From an uncultured Candidatus Saccharibacteria bacterium (GTDB lineage: Bacteria; Patescibacteriota; Minisyncoccia; Phycocordibacterales; Zambryskibacteraceae), in the NCBI GenBank assembly GCA_964582295.1, contig CAZOQP010000001.1, positions 148,754 through 212,753 of the forward strand: DNA of 64,000 nt, read 5' to 3'. Shown here one piece after another: positions 8,195 to 16,911 of this stretch (position 1 is the stretch's first letter; each line of letters starts with the position of its first letter). Both the position numbers and the translations under genes were made by a program. The notes under the pieces are model-generated. The model was given only the letters and a program-made list of their open reading frames with translations. It was not told the origin of the DNA and made no database searches.

Positions 8195-9442
8195 TTAGCC
8201 ATTCTTGAGGATATTTTGCAATTCTTCACGCGCTACCTCTTCATCGCTCCAGGGGATCTTTTTGCCGTTCGCACCCATGATATAAGGATCGGTGCCCTTG
8301 CCTGTAATAAGAACAATCGTGTTCTTATTACAGGCAAGGGCATGTCGAAGGGCTTGCGCGATAGCTTCACGGCGATCCATTATTATTCGCGGCTCCTTTT
8401 TCATATCACTCGTCATGTCACGCAGGATTTTTTCCGGCTCTTCATCATATGGGTCTTCGTTGGTGAGAATTATCTCGTCGCAATATTCATCGGCGATCTT
8501 TCCCATGACCGGACGCTTCCATGTGTCGCGCCCTCCGCCTGTATTTCCGAGAACGCATATCAATTTCCTTTTAGAAATTGACTCCGACATATTCGGAGGA
8601 GTAAATGCTTTATAAAGCGCTTCAAGCGAACCGGGTGTATGAGCGTAGTCCACCACTACATCAAATTTCTGTTCATCCGATATTTTTACGAATTTCACTC
8701 GGCCAGGGATTGACGTAAGTGATGAAATACCTTTTGTGATAATTTCCCCGGAAATTCCCTGGCTTTTTGCGAATGCTTCAGCAAGCCCTGCATTTATTTT
8801 CATAAAATCTCCTGGTATCGGGGGATTTAGATGGGTATCGGCAAGGTGGAAGGCAATCTTATTTTCCGCCTCGTACTGAAGGAACTTTTCTCCGTGTTCG
8901 TTGTCACAATTTGAAATGATCGTTCGCGGCCTCTTGGATGAACGTGCTAAAAGCTTTGGCAACTCAAGCTTCGCTTCAAGGTATTTTTCAAATGAACCAT
9001 GGGATTCTATGTGCTCCGGCTCAAGCCCTGTGAATATAACGGCATTAAGCTCTAAAAAACGGTGACGTGATTGCTTGATACCTTCGGATGTCATCTCCAT
9101 TACCACCCAGTCGCATTTTGCTTCCACTGCATCTCCTAGGAACTTCTGGACGAAAAATCGGCCTGGCACGGACATTTTGAAAAGATTGGGTCGAGATTCG
9201 CTCCCTATTTTGAAACGGATGGTATTTAGGACTGCTGTTTTAAGACCTGCCGCTTCCAAAACAGCATTTACGAATTCGGTGGTTGAGCTTTTGCCTTTTG
9301 TGCCCGTTATGGCAAGCACTTTTATATTGCTAGAAGGAAAACCGAAGGCAATCGCAGAAAGAAAAGCCCAAAGGAAGTGATATAACGGTCGGAAAATATC
9401 CGCTATTTGCTTGGGAATGATTTTTTTCGCGAGTTGTAGCAT
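8195..9442 (-). CDS. murE: UDP-N-acetylmuramoyl-tripeptide synthetase (Mur ligase, MurE-like)
   Basis: Mur ligase P-loop ITGTKGKSSTT, DYAHTP, C-terminal Mur ligase domain. Confidence 0.75.
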   Translation of the reverse strand: MLQLAKKIIPKQIADIFRPLYHFLWAFLSAIAFGFPSSNIKVLAITGTKGKSSTTEFVNAVLEAAGLKTAVLNTIRFKIGSESRPNLFKMSVPGRFFVQKFLGDAVEAKCDWVVMEMTSEGIKQSRHRFLELNAVIFTGLEPEHIESHGSFEKYLEAKLELPKLLARSSKRPRTIISNCDNEHGEKFLQYEAENKIAFHLADTHLNPPIPGDFMKINAGLAEAFAKSQGISGEIITKGISSLTSIPGRVKFVKISDEQKFDVVVDYAHTPGSLEALYKAFTPPNMSESISKRKLICVLGNTGGGRDTWKRPVMGKIADEYCDEIILTNEDPYDEEPEKILRDMTSDMKKEPRIIMDRREAIAQALRHALACNKNTIVLITGKGTDPYIMGANGKKIPWSDEEVAREELQNILKNG

Positions 9443-9445
9443 TTC

Positions 9446-10015
9446 CTATTTCTTATTGAGATTCTTAAGAGCCGATTTTATTTTTTCGTTCGTTCCTGAA
9501 ATATTTTTGGGCAGATCGCGCACTGCTTCGCGGGCTTCTCTTTGTGAATACCCAAGAGAGACGAGAGCTTCCACTACATCCGTTTCCGCATCGGCGGAAG
9601 ATTCGTCGCGTGAAGAGGCGAGCATTTTACCCTTCAGTTCAAGCACTATTTTTTCCGAGATCTTTTTTCCCACACCAGCCACTTTGGTGAGGTAAGAGGC
9701 ATTTTGCTCGACCACCGCTTTTTCTATTTGGGTTGGTGAAGCAGTGTTCAGTACGGAAAGAGCGGTTTTAGGGCCAATGCCGGAAACTGTCAGAAGAAGC
9801 TCAAAGAGCCCGCGCTCGGAGGAATTGGTGAATCCATATAGATCCAGGGCGTTTTCCCTCACTGCCAGGTAGGTAAAAAGTCTGACCCCTTTTCCATCGT
9901 GTAGCGTTTCCAGAACAGAAAGGGGAATGGATACGCGATAGCCAACCCCGCCCACAAGAATAGTGGCCTGGCCGCCCCGTTTTTCTATCACCTTTCCTTC
10001 GAGAAAACCTATCAT
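9446..10015 (-). CDS. ruvA: Holliday junction branch-migration protein RuvA
   Basis: MIGFLEGKV...GVGYRV N-term, HhH motifs LLTVSGIGPKTAL. Confidence 0.85.
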   Translation of the reverse strand: MIGFLEGKVIEKRGGQATILVGGVGYRVSIPLSVLETLHDGKGVRLFTYLAVRENALDLYGFTNSSERGLFELLLTVSGIGPKTALSVLNTASPTQIEKAVVEQNASYLTKVAGVGKKISEKIVLELKGKMLASSRDESSADAETDVVEALVSLGYSQREAREAVRDLPKNISGTNEKIKSALKNLNKK

Positions 10016-10071
10016 GCGATTATGATAGCAGTCAGCTTGCTTTTTTGCCCGTTCAGGGTAAAGTGTCGCTT

Positions 10072-10338
10072 ATGCCAATAACTACATCAGCCAAAAAAGC
10101 CCTTCGCGTTTCGGCGCGTAAAAAGCTCGTGAACGACCGCCGAAGCGACGCTTTGAAGAATGCTGCCAAAAAATTGAAGAAGCTTGTGGCTGAAAAGAAA
10201 GCGAAAGAAGCAAAAGCTTTTTTCCCTACAGTCCAAAAAGCCATTGATAAGGCAGCTAAAAAGGGGATCATTAAGCCAAACGCCGCTTCCCGCACTAAAT
10301 CACGTCTTTCCGCTCTTGTTAAAAAAGCTGGAAGCTAA
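10072..10338 (+). CDS. rpsT: 30S ribosomal protein S20
   Basis: MPITTSAKKALRVSARKK...; lysine/alanine-rich S20 profile. Confidence 0.8.
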   Translation: MPITTSAKKALRVSARKKLVNDRRSDALKNAAKKLKKLVAEKKAKEAKAFFPTVQKAIDKAAKKGIIKPNAASRTKSRLSALVKKAGS

Positions 10339-10364
10339 AAGCGAAAAGCTGTAAGCTTGAGCCA

Positions 10365-10436
10365 CTCCTCGTCGTTCAATGGATAGGACATAAGATTGCG
10401 GATCTTAAAATTGAGGTTCGATTCCTCACGGGGGGA
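10365..10436 (+). tRNA. tRNA-Arg (anticodon GCG?), unusual C1-G72 acceptor with two G-U pairs
   Basis: D-arm TCGTCGTTCAATGGATAGGAC nearly identical to tRNA-Arg(CCG); anticodon stem-loop TAAGA-TTGCGGA-TCTTA; T-arm TGAGG-TTCGATT-CCTCA. Confidence 0.5.
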
Positions 10437-10446
10437 CAAGTAATTT

Positions 10447-10905
10447 CTAAAATCCTACGTGCTCCATCAGCTTTTCAAAAAAGGATTCCTCTATTTCCTC
10501 TTCAGGTAAAACCTCGGCCAAAGATTTCCTTATCGCATCTGGGTGGGCACTTTCTATGTGAATTACGAGAAGCGGCATGAAAAGTTTTTTGGTGCGTATG
10601 AAAAGCCGTCCTTCGTGCTCATTTACGAAAAATGAGCGAAGAGTTTCAAATGGATAAATAAGTGTATCCACCATAATGCCTTTTTCCAAAATACGAACGG
10701 TTATTTCCTTTGGGATCCGGGCGGCGTATAAAAGAAGGGAAGCACCGCCGACCACTATAAGCACTGCGAACATGTAATTGCCGAGTATTACGGCCGCCAC
10801 AGCTATTGCAAAAGAGACAATGGCAACGGATATAAACCAATCAGTACCCCTTTCTCGGAAGGGATATTCAAGCGTCTGCCACTCCAAAAAAGAGCCTTTC
10901 TTCAT
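10447..10905 (-). CDS. hypothetical membrane protein
   Basis: Two N-terminal TM helices, soluble C-domain; ATG at 10905 (listed ORF begins GTG 10908). Confidence 0.45.
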   Translation of the reverse strand: MKKGSFLEWQTLEYPFRERGTDWFISVAIVSFAIAVAAVILGNYMFAVLIVVGGASLLLYAARIPKEITVRILEKGIMVDTLIYPFETLRSFFVNEHEGRLFIRTKKLFMPLLVIHIESAHPDAIRKSLAEVLPEEEIEESFFEKLMEHVGF

Positions 10906-10948
10906 CACTTTTAGTGTAACACGCCCGAGTTTTTGCTAATATGCGGTT

Positions 10949-11182
10949 ATGATCACTACCGGCTCATTTGAAGCATTTATCGCCGCGCACCCGCTGGTGT
11001 TCGTAGCTATTCTGGTGTGGTCCCTTGCATGGAAGGCGCTTGCCTTATGGAAAGCGGCACGCATAGGCCACAAAACCTGGTTTACCGCTCTTCTTATTGT
11101 GAACCTTTTAGGTGTTCCTGAAATTATCTATCTTTTATTCGTGGCGCGTAAATTCAAAGTAGAAAGCAGCGAGGCATCATAA
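10949..11182 (+). CDS. small membrane protein (two TM helices)
   Basis: 77-aa ORF, WKALALWKAA motif, ATG start. Confidence 0.45.
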   Translation: MITTGSFEAFIAAHPLVFVAILVWSLAWKALALWKAARIGHKTWFTALLIVNLLGVPEIIYLLFVARKFKVESSEAS

Positions 11183-11225
11183 GTTATTTTGAGAAAAGTG
11201 TAAGAAGTGTTAGTTTGATTGTCAC

Positions 11226-11312
<87 letters not shown>

Positions 11313-11320
11313 CAAAAATT

Positions 11321-11355
11321 AACAGCCTAATCTAAATAAAAAAGATTAGGCTGTT
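11321..11355. terminator. bidirectional terminator hairpin
   Basis: aacagcctaatct-aaataaaaa-agattaggctgtt between tRNA-Ser (+) and convergent CDS (-). Confidence 0.55.
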
Positions 11356-11360
11356 ATTGA

Positions 11361-11921
11361 TTACATTGTCGCAAGGGCAGGCAGATGGCACACTTCTCGC
11401 AACCGATCTACCACGCGCGTGACGTCACCATTGTGATGAACCTCTCTGCAGAGACCCTTCACATAGATGATATCAGGGCGTCCTGGGACGTAAGGCATTG
11501 TGTCCAAGTAGGACACAACCCTGATCAAAACGGGAATGTTCTGTTGACTGAAGAAATTTTCCCATTGAATCAAGGTGTCGAGATCTTTGCTTACCACCAG
11601 AGCGCCTGTGGCTTCGCTCACCAAACGCACCAGAAGCCCATCAATGATTCCTGGTAAATCTCCGAGGACGACTTGATGAGGATCGTCGGCAAACTCTTTC
11701 AACCGAACATCGATGAGAGGATCTTTCCAGTTTCCGGCCGGGCGCTTTTTTCTTTCCGACCACGGCTTGACTCCCAGAATGCAGGGCAGTGTGTCGGAGA
11801 AAGTATCGATCTCATAAATACCGATCCTTTCTCCTGATGTCTCGAGCTGCCTGAATATTGAGGCAGCGAGGGTGGACTTACCACAGTTGGTAGTACCACC
11901 CACGACGATGCGGTGTGACAT
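11361..11921 (-). CDS. P-loop NTPase (kinase-like), function unknown
   Basis: Walker A GGTTNCGKSTLA at N-terminus; no further confident family assignment. Confidence 0.4.
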   Translation of the reverse strand: MSHRIVVGGTTNCGKSTLAASIFRQLETSGERIGIYEIDTFSDTLPCILGVKPWSERKKRPAGNWKDPLIDVRLKEFADDPHQVVLGDLPGIIDGLLVRLVSEATGALVVSKDLDTLIQWENFFSQQNIPVLIRVVSYLDTMPYVPGRPDIIYVKGLCREVHHNGDVTRVVDRLREVCHLPALATM

Positions 11922-12018
11922 TGTGTGTCTCCATGTAAAATTGCAGTCCTATGCATATTAAATCTCATATTATTTCGAAAGACCAGTGGATTAGTCTCTG
12001 TATGGTATAGTCTGGCCA

Positions 12019-12606
12019 ATGTCAATTAAAAAACACTTAAAAATCGGGCTGGATTTCGATGGTGTCATATCGGACTGCGGAAAATTAAAGTCCGATGCAG
12101 CAAGAAAACTTTATGGGTTAGATATTCCAGCGGATAAGTTCAAAAAAGAAATTGTAATCGGAGAGGGCCATTTGACCGCTGATGAATATCGCAGTCTCCA
12201 GAAAATAATATATGGTACACGGGAAGTCGGGTTTCTTATGGAACCTGTGGCGGGGGCGCTTCACTTCGTCTCTCAACTACTTGATTTGGGTCATGCTATT
12301 ACTATTGTTACCTCGCGGGAAGAAACTGAGCTTGAAATTGCAAAAGAATGGAGTGTTGCACAAGGTCTTTCCCTTAATTTTATCGGAGTAGGGTATGGGG
12401 TGAGTAAAGCTAATGCATGTACTGGTCTTGATATTTATATTGATGATGATCTAGATAAACTAGAACCGCTCATTGATATAGTGCCCCATCGGTTTCTATT
12501 TTCGTGGGGTTATAACAGTCACATAGATACAGGGACCGTTGCTAGACGTATAGGATCATGGGAAGAATTTTTTCGCACCGTTACATCGATAAAGAATATT
12601 CCCTAA
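12019..12606 (+). CDS. HAD-superfamily 5'(3')-deoxyribonucleotidase-like hydrolase
   Basis: DFDGV motif 1, T/S motif 2, IDDD motif 4. Confidence 0.55.
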   Translation: MSIKKHLKIGLDFDGVISDCGKLKSDAARKLYGLDIPADKFKKEIVIGEGHLTADEYRSLQKIIYGTREVGFLMEPVAGALHFVSQLLDLGHAITIVTSREETELEIAKEWSVAQGLSLNFIGVGYGVSKANACTGLDIYIDDDLDKLEPLIDIVPHRFLFSWGYNSHIDTGTVARRIGSWEEFFRTVTSIKNIP

Positions 12607-12622
12607 GATAGGGTTTTTAAAA

Positions 12623-12850
12623 GTGGAAACATTATTACGGTGTATAATTATTTGTATGCATGAAGGTTTTAGACAGCCGCAAGAGTCTCCTGATGAATCA
12701 AATATTGAAGATGCCGCTGAACGTGCTGCCCAATTTGTATACGATGAAAGAGAGGAGGATTACATTCCTCTTAATGAAGTTTTGAAAAAGGTCAAAGGTG
12801 AAGAAGATCCGCCGGCCGGAGGAGAAAAGGGTTTGGAGAAAGCTGCATAA
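12623..12850 (+). CDS. small acidic hypothetical protein
   Basis: 75-aa ORF between HAD gene and ruvX; no motifs. Confidence 0.25.
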   Translation: METLLRCIIICMHEGFRQPQESPDESNIEDAAERAAQFVYDEREEDYIPLNEVLKKVKGEEDPPAGGEKGLEKAA

Positions 12851-12854
12851 GAAT

Positions 12855-13298
12855 ATGAGGCTCCTTGGTATTGATTTCGGATTAAGGCGTATTGGCATCG
12901 CCATTTCGGATGAAGAAGGGCGCATAGCTTTTCCGCGTTCTGTAATCGCAAATACTACCAATGCCGGCCAGCAGATAGCTGACGTGGTTCGTGAGGAAGG
13001 GGTTGGAAAGGTAGTGTGCGGGCTTTCGACCGATTCAAGCGGGGAAGACAATCCTGTCATGGAAAAAGCCAGGATTTTTACAGAGGAATTGGCGAGAATG
13101 ATATCCGTGCCAATAGTTTTCCAAGGCGAATCTTTTTCCACCTCTCATGCCGCTCAAGAAAAGATGTCGGCTCTTTCTGAAGATGGCAGAGTTTTGTCGC
13201 CTGAAAAGAAAGCTCTCGCAGAAGAAGACATTGACGCTTCGGCTGCAGCGCTTATTCTTCAGAGATATATAGAGCAAAACAGCCATGGCAACAATTGA
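12855..13298 (+). CDS. ruvX: Holliday junction resolvase-like / pre-16S rRNA nuclease RuvX (YqgF)
   Basis: MRLLGIDFGLRRIGIAISD RNase H-like motif. Confidence 0.75.
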   Translation: MRLLGIDFGLRRIGIAISDEEGRIAFPRSVIANTTNAGQQIADVVREEGVGKVVCGLSTDSSGEDNPVMEKARIFTEELARMISVPIVFQGESFSTSHAAQEKMSALSEDGRVLSPEKKALAEEDIDASAAALILQRYIEQNSHGNN

Positions 13299-13611
13299 GG
13301 ACTTTTCAAAAATAGAGATGAAGATAGGAAAGATCCTCTCTGTTGAGGATATTGAAGGCAGCGAAAAACTTCTGAAACTTTCTGTTTCATTCGGCGAAGA
13401 AAATTCCCGGCAAGTTCTTTCAGGAATTAAAAAATACTTTCCTGATTCGCAAACTTTGGTAGGGAAAAAATGCGTTTTTGTCACAAATTTAGAGCCGCGG
13501 CAGATGATGGGGCTTGAAAGCCAAGCTATGTTACTTGCCGCAAGTACCGACGAGACAATCGCACTTTTTGAAGTAACAGAAAATATCCCTGAAGGAACCA
13601 AGATTCGTTAA
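13285..13611 (+). CDS. tRNA-binding domain protein (CsaA/Trbp111/MetRS C-terminal-like)
   Basis: IEDFSKIEMKIGKILSVE...GKKCVFVTNLEPRQMMG pattern of OB-fold tRNA-binding domain. Confidence 0.65.
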   Translation: MATIEDFSKIEMKIGKILSVEDIEGSEKLLKLSVSFGEENSRQVLSGIKKYFPDSQTLVGKKCVFVTNLEPRQMMGLESQAMLLAASTDETIALFEVTENIPEGTKIR

Positions 13612-13616
13612 TTTTT

Positions 13617-13691
13617 TGGTGCTCCCACCAGGAATCGAACCTAGAACTGCTCCTTAGAAGGGAGCCGTTATATCCATTTAACTATGGGAGC
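13617..13691 (-). tRNA. tRNA-Arg (anticodon TCT), CCA encoded
   Basis: GCTCCCATAGTTAAATGGATA...; anticodon loop CTTCTAA; T-arm CTAGG-TTCGATT-CCTGG. Confidence 0.75.
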
Positions 13692-13702
13692 ATTTTCAAA
13701 TA

Positions 13703-14017
13703 TTACCCCAGATTTGCAGTTTTACCCCAACCCTTCAGAGTTTTATAGGTTTTTCTTCTATGACAATTCGCACACCTTACATCGCACTTCGCTATCTCTC
13801 TTTTTACAGATTCCCATGAATAATGCCCAGACAGTAACCTAGAGACTGATTTGAATTTTATTTTTGGATTTTTGTGATCGAAGTCTAAAACAACAGGATC
13901 TTTTTCTCCACAATCAATACAAGATTTTTTTATCAAAAAACCTAACACGGCGGTGCGTACTTTTACGCGGTGCCTCTTTTGTGCTTCGTATAATTTTTCT
14001 CTTTCTTTATAGGGCAT
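13703..14017 (-). CDS. HNH endonuclease
   Basis: CIDCG...DHKNP...CANCH HNH zinc-finger signature. Confidence 0.7.
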   Translation of the reverse strand: MPYKEREKLYEAQKRHRVKVRTAVLGFLIKKSCIDCGEKDPVVLDFDHKNPKIKFKSVSRLLSGHYSWESVKREIAKCDVRCANCHRRKTYKTLKGWGKTANLG

Positions 14018-14069
14018 GTAGGGATTATATCACGCAGTTCTAACCCCATCTTTTCATATACAATTAATT

Positions 14070-14151
14070 GTGGGCATGGAGAGATTTGAACTCTCAACCC
14101 TTGCGGGATACGCTTCTGAGGCGTACGCGTATACCAATTCCGCCACATGCC
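14070..14151 (-). tRNA. tRNA-Leu (anticodon CAG)
   Basis: GGGCATGTGGCGGAATTGGTATACGC...; anticodon loop CTCAGAA; long variable arm; T-arm GAGAG-TTCAAAT-CTCTC. Confidence 0.7.
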
Positions 14152-14620
14152 CGGCACCCTACAAGAATACAACAATCTTACCTCGTTCAATTGTGCTGGG
14201 TATTATACTCCACTTGAACTTTTTGACACTATCACAAACAACTATGAAGTGATAGCTAGATGGAACGCTGAAATTAAGGATTTCTTAGCTAAAGAGCGTG
14301 TAAAACCAGCTTTTGAGGTTATTTTATAAGTGGTATAGTTAAGTTAAGAGATTATAGGGAGATTATAGGTTTATTAGCTTTAAGATAAGCAAATGAACCA
14401 AAAAGATAACCTGACAGATGTAGTAGAGGTGCTTCCTGCTTCTAGCTCCTCCGACACACCTATTGCTCCACAGGCATCAAAGCCGAACGACCAAGTTGTT
14501 GTAGATTCAGGAGGAAATCCAGTAACTTTGGGCAATAAACTAGGCGACAATAGGCGATTCTAGTAATAAGGGTAATTTAGTTGAACTTATTACTGGGTTA
14601 AGTGTCTAAACACTTGAACT

Positions 14621-14986
14621 ATGTCTGCATCTACAGGAAACACTTATGCCAAAGGAAATAAGGGTGGTGGAAGGAAGTCCGCCTACACAGAGAAGGCAGA
14701 TGCTCAATTCTGCTTGGATTTGTGGAATGGAAGAATCCGAAAACAGAAACTCCAAAAGAAGATAGCTTTAGGAAAACAGGGAGCTAAAGACCTATTTGCT
14801 TTAAAGATTTTGGACGGAAACGAGAGATTACTAAGTAAGCTCTTTGATAAGTTATACCCGACCATCTACTCTGATGATGAAAAAGAAGGTCTAGAGATTA
14901 AAGGAGCAAGAGAGTTAGCAGATATGTTGCAAAAAATTCTAGAGGAAGGAGATGGGATAGTAGAAGAAGTTAGTAAATTGCCTTAA
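14621..14986 (+). CDS. hypothetical protein (island cargo)
   Basis: 121-aa ORF with ATG start inside AT-rich island. Confidence 0.4.
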   Translation: MSASTGNTYAKGNKGGGRKSAYTEKADAQFCLDLWNGRIRKQKLQKKIALGKQGAKDLFALKILDGNERLLSKLFDKLYPTIYSDDEKEGLEIKGARELADMLQKILEEGDGIVEEVSKLP

Positions 14987-15936
14987 GAGGAACTAAAATT
15001 GGCTTCCGGAAACGCCTTGTGTCTTACAGCAAATCTAACAGGAAAACCCTTGTCTCTTTTGTCTATGGGAATTTCAAGAATCATTAGGTCGTCAGGTAGT
15101 TTAAGCCCAGCTAGAATAACTATTGTTTCTTCACAAAAACCAGTCATATTATGCCAGCAAACATTAAGAATTTCCTCAATCGTAAGCCCGTGAATTTTGG
15201 GGTAATTAACCCCGACCTTATTCCCAGCTATCGGAGAATAAACAATCTTAGGAAGTTTCCAGCCGTGATGAATTATTTGAACCCTTAACTCTCTAAACAC
15301 CCTATACCAATTTTTCTGATGACCCTCAATATATTTAAAGAATTGAGCTTTACGGGGGTCGCTATCAGGAATTGGAAATTCTGCCACAGCTTGTTTCCGC
15401 TTCTTTTCTTTATCGGAGAACAATCCAGATATAGGGTAGCCCATATAAGCGCAGTGCCTAAACAGGGCATCAGAAGCCATCACGCCTCTTATAAAGAAAT
15501 CTTTAAAGAAAAGATTTAGGTCGTCTGTGATGGGAGCATCAACAGTTATTTGACGGTTTGTAATGTAAGCACCCTTGCCATTTGCTACATCTTGGTTATG
15601 TTGCGATATTGCTTCTAAACAACGCTCTCTTGCGATTTTTGCCTCGTATAAATTTTCAAAGATGGTTGAATAGAAGTGGTCATAGGTTAATCTCTCCTCC
15701 CTTGGGGAGATACAATCCCTGATTTGACACATCTGAAAAATGAAACGACCAAAGAAATCATCCCCCTCCTTAATGTCATAGGATTTTGTTAGAACACCTC
15801 TTATGTTCCTATTTGCCTCATCTTTGGATAGACAACACTTTTTATATTTTCTATTACTACCGCAAGGGCATTTATGGTTTCTACCAACAGCATTCATTGT
15901 GCTGATAGTGTATGGTAGAACCCGACTATTTGGCAA
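14983..15936 (-). CDS. SEC-C motif domain protein (island cargo)
   Basis: N-terminal HKCPCGSNRKYKKCC SEC-C metal-binding motif; alternative ATG at 15897. Confidence 0.5.
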   Translation of the reverse strand: MPNSRVLPYTISTMNAVGRNHKCPCGSNRKYKKCCLSKDEANRNIRGVLTKSYDIKEGDDFFGRFIFQMCQIRDCISPREERLTYDHFYSTIFENLYEAKIARERCLEAISQHNQDVANGKGAYITNRQITVDAPITDDLNLFFKDFFIRGVMASDALFRHCAYMGYPISGLFSDKEKKRKQAVAEFPIPDSDPRKAQFFKYIEGHQKNWYRVFRELRVQIIHHGWKLPKIVYSPIAGNKVGVNYPKIHGLTIEEILNVCWHNMTGFCEETIVILAGLKLPDDLMILEIPIDKRDKGFPVRFAVRHKAFPEANFSSS

Positions 15937-15938
15937 TT

Positions 15939-16148
15939 TTACCTAAGCAACTCCCAAGCTTCTACCCCCAAAGCCCCTGCTATATCCTCTAGTTTTGAGA
16001 CAGTTATGTTTCTTTCTGCCCTTTCTAACATACCTATAAAATTACGGCTTAACTTAGCTCTTTCAGCTAGAGTTTCTTGGGACAGATTACGCCTTAGGCG
16101 TTCCTCCTTCAATCTATGACTAAACTTTTTAACTATTTTATGAGACAT
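15939..16148 (-). CDS. XRE-family helix-turn-helix transcriptional regulator
   Basis: LRRNLSQETLAERAKLSRNFIGMLERAERNITVSKLEDIA HTH_XRE pattern; listed ORF extends to TTG at 16178. Confidence 0.65.
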   Translation of the reverse strand: MSHKIVKKFSHRLKEERLRRNLSQETLAERAKLSRNFIGMLERAERNITVSKLEDIAGALGVEAWELLR

Positions 16149-16239
16149 ACCTACACTAATAGCGTAGGCGTTTGACAACTATAGTTCTACCCACTATAGT
16201 TGGTATGTTAAACACATCCTTTTTAACTAGTAAATCCCT

Positions 16240-16857
16240 ATGGCAGACCTATTTCTTGTTTTATTTTTTCTCTCCCTTTTGGGATTAGTTGTTGGAATGA
16301 TTAATCCCTCTGTTTTTACCCGCATTACCAAGAAAGAACTTACAAGGAAAAGAATTGGACTAACTTCTTTCGGGGCAATGTTCGTTTTCCTCGTTCTCGT
16401 AGGCATAACTCATAACACTAATACCCAAGCCCCAACGCCAGCACAAAGTGCATCTACTCCGGTAGCAACACAAGTGTTTGATATTCCTAACTTAATTGGA
16501 AAAAATCTGGAAGAAATTAGGGCTATTTTTGGCACACCAAGCTATGATGGCGAACCAACCGCAACTCGTGTTCAATTTAGCGACGATAGAACTTGGGACA
16601 AAACTTGGAGCAAAGAAGGATACTCATTAACAGCCACATACAACATAGACAATGGGAAAGTAACTGAGCTTTTTCTTGGGTCAGATAGTGATGCTTCTTT
16701 GGTTGTCTTTAGAAATAAGGAAAATATTCTGAAAGTAGGCAATCTTTCTGAAAATGACAACAAATACTCTCTGGAATTCGTAAAACTTAAAGCCATTTTA
16801 GGCAATCCAAACAAACCTCCTGAAGGTTATACAGGGGTTATTGTAAGAGCAAGATAG
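16240..16857 (+). CDS. membrane-anchored hypothetical protein (island cargo)
   Basis: Two N-terminal TM helices then Thr/Pro-rich linker and soluble domain. Confidence 0.45.
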   Translation: MADLFLVLFFLSLLGLVVGMINPSVFTRITKKELTRKRIGLTSFGAMFVFLVLVGITHNTNTQAPTPAQSASTPVATQVFDIPNLIGKNLEEIRAIFGTPSYDGEPTATRVQFSDDRTWDKTWSKEGYSLTATYNIDNGKVTELFLGSDSDASLVVFRNKENILKVGNLSENDNKYSLEFVKLKAILGNPNKPPEGYTGVIVRAR

Positions 16858-16911
16858 GGCTTCTAAATAAGCAGGGCTGATTTAGTGTAGAATCCAAGTT
16901 AAACTGGACTT

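Noticed and set aside
10341-10362. 12-nt motif aagctgtaagct shared between 10346 and 23852
   Set aside because: Short, could easily arise by chance, and no surrounding similarity.
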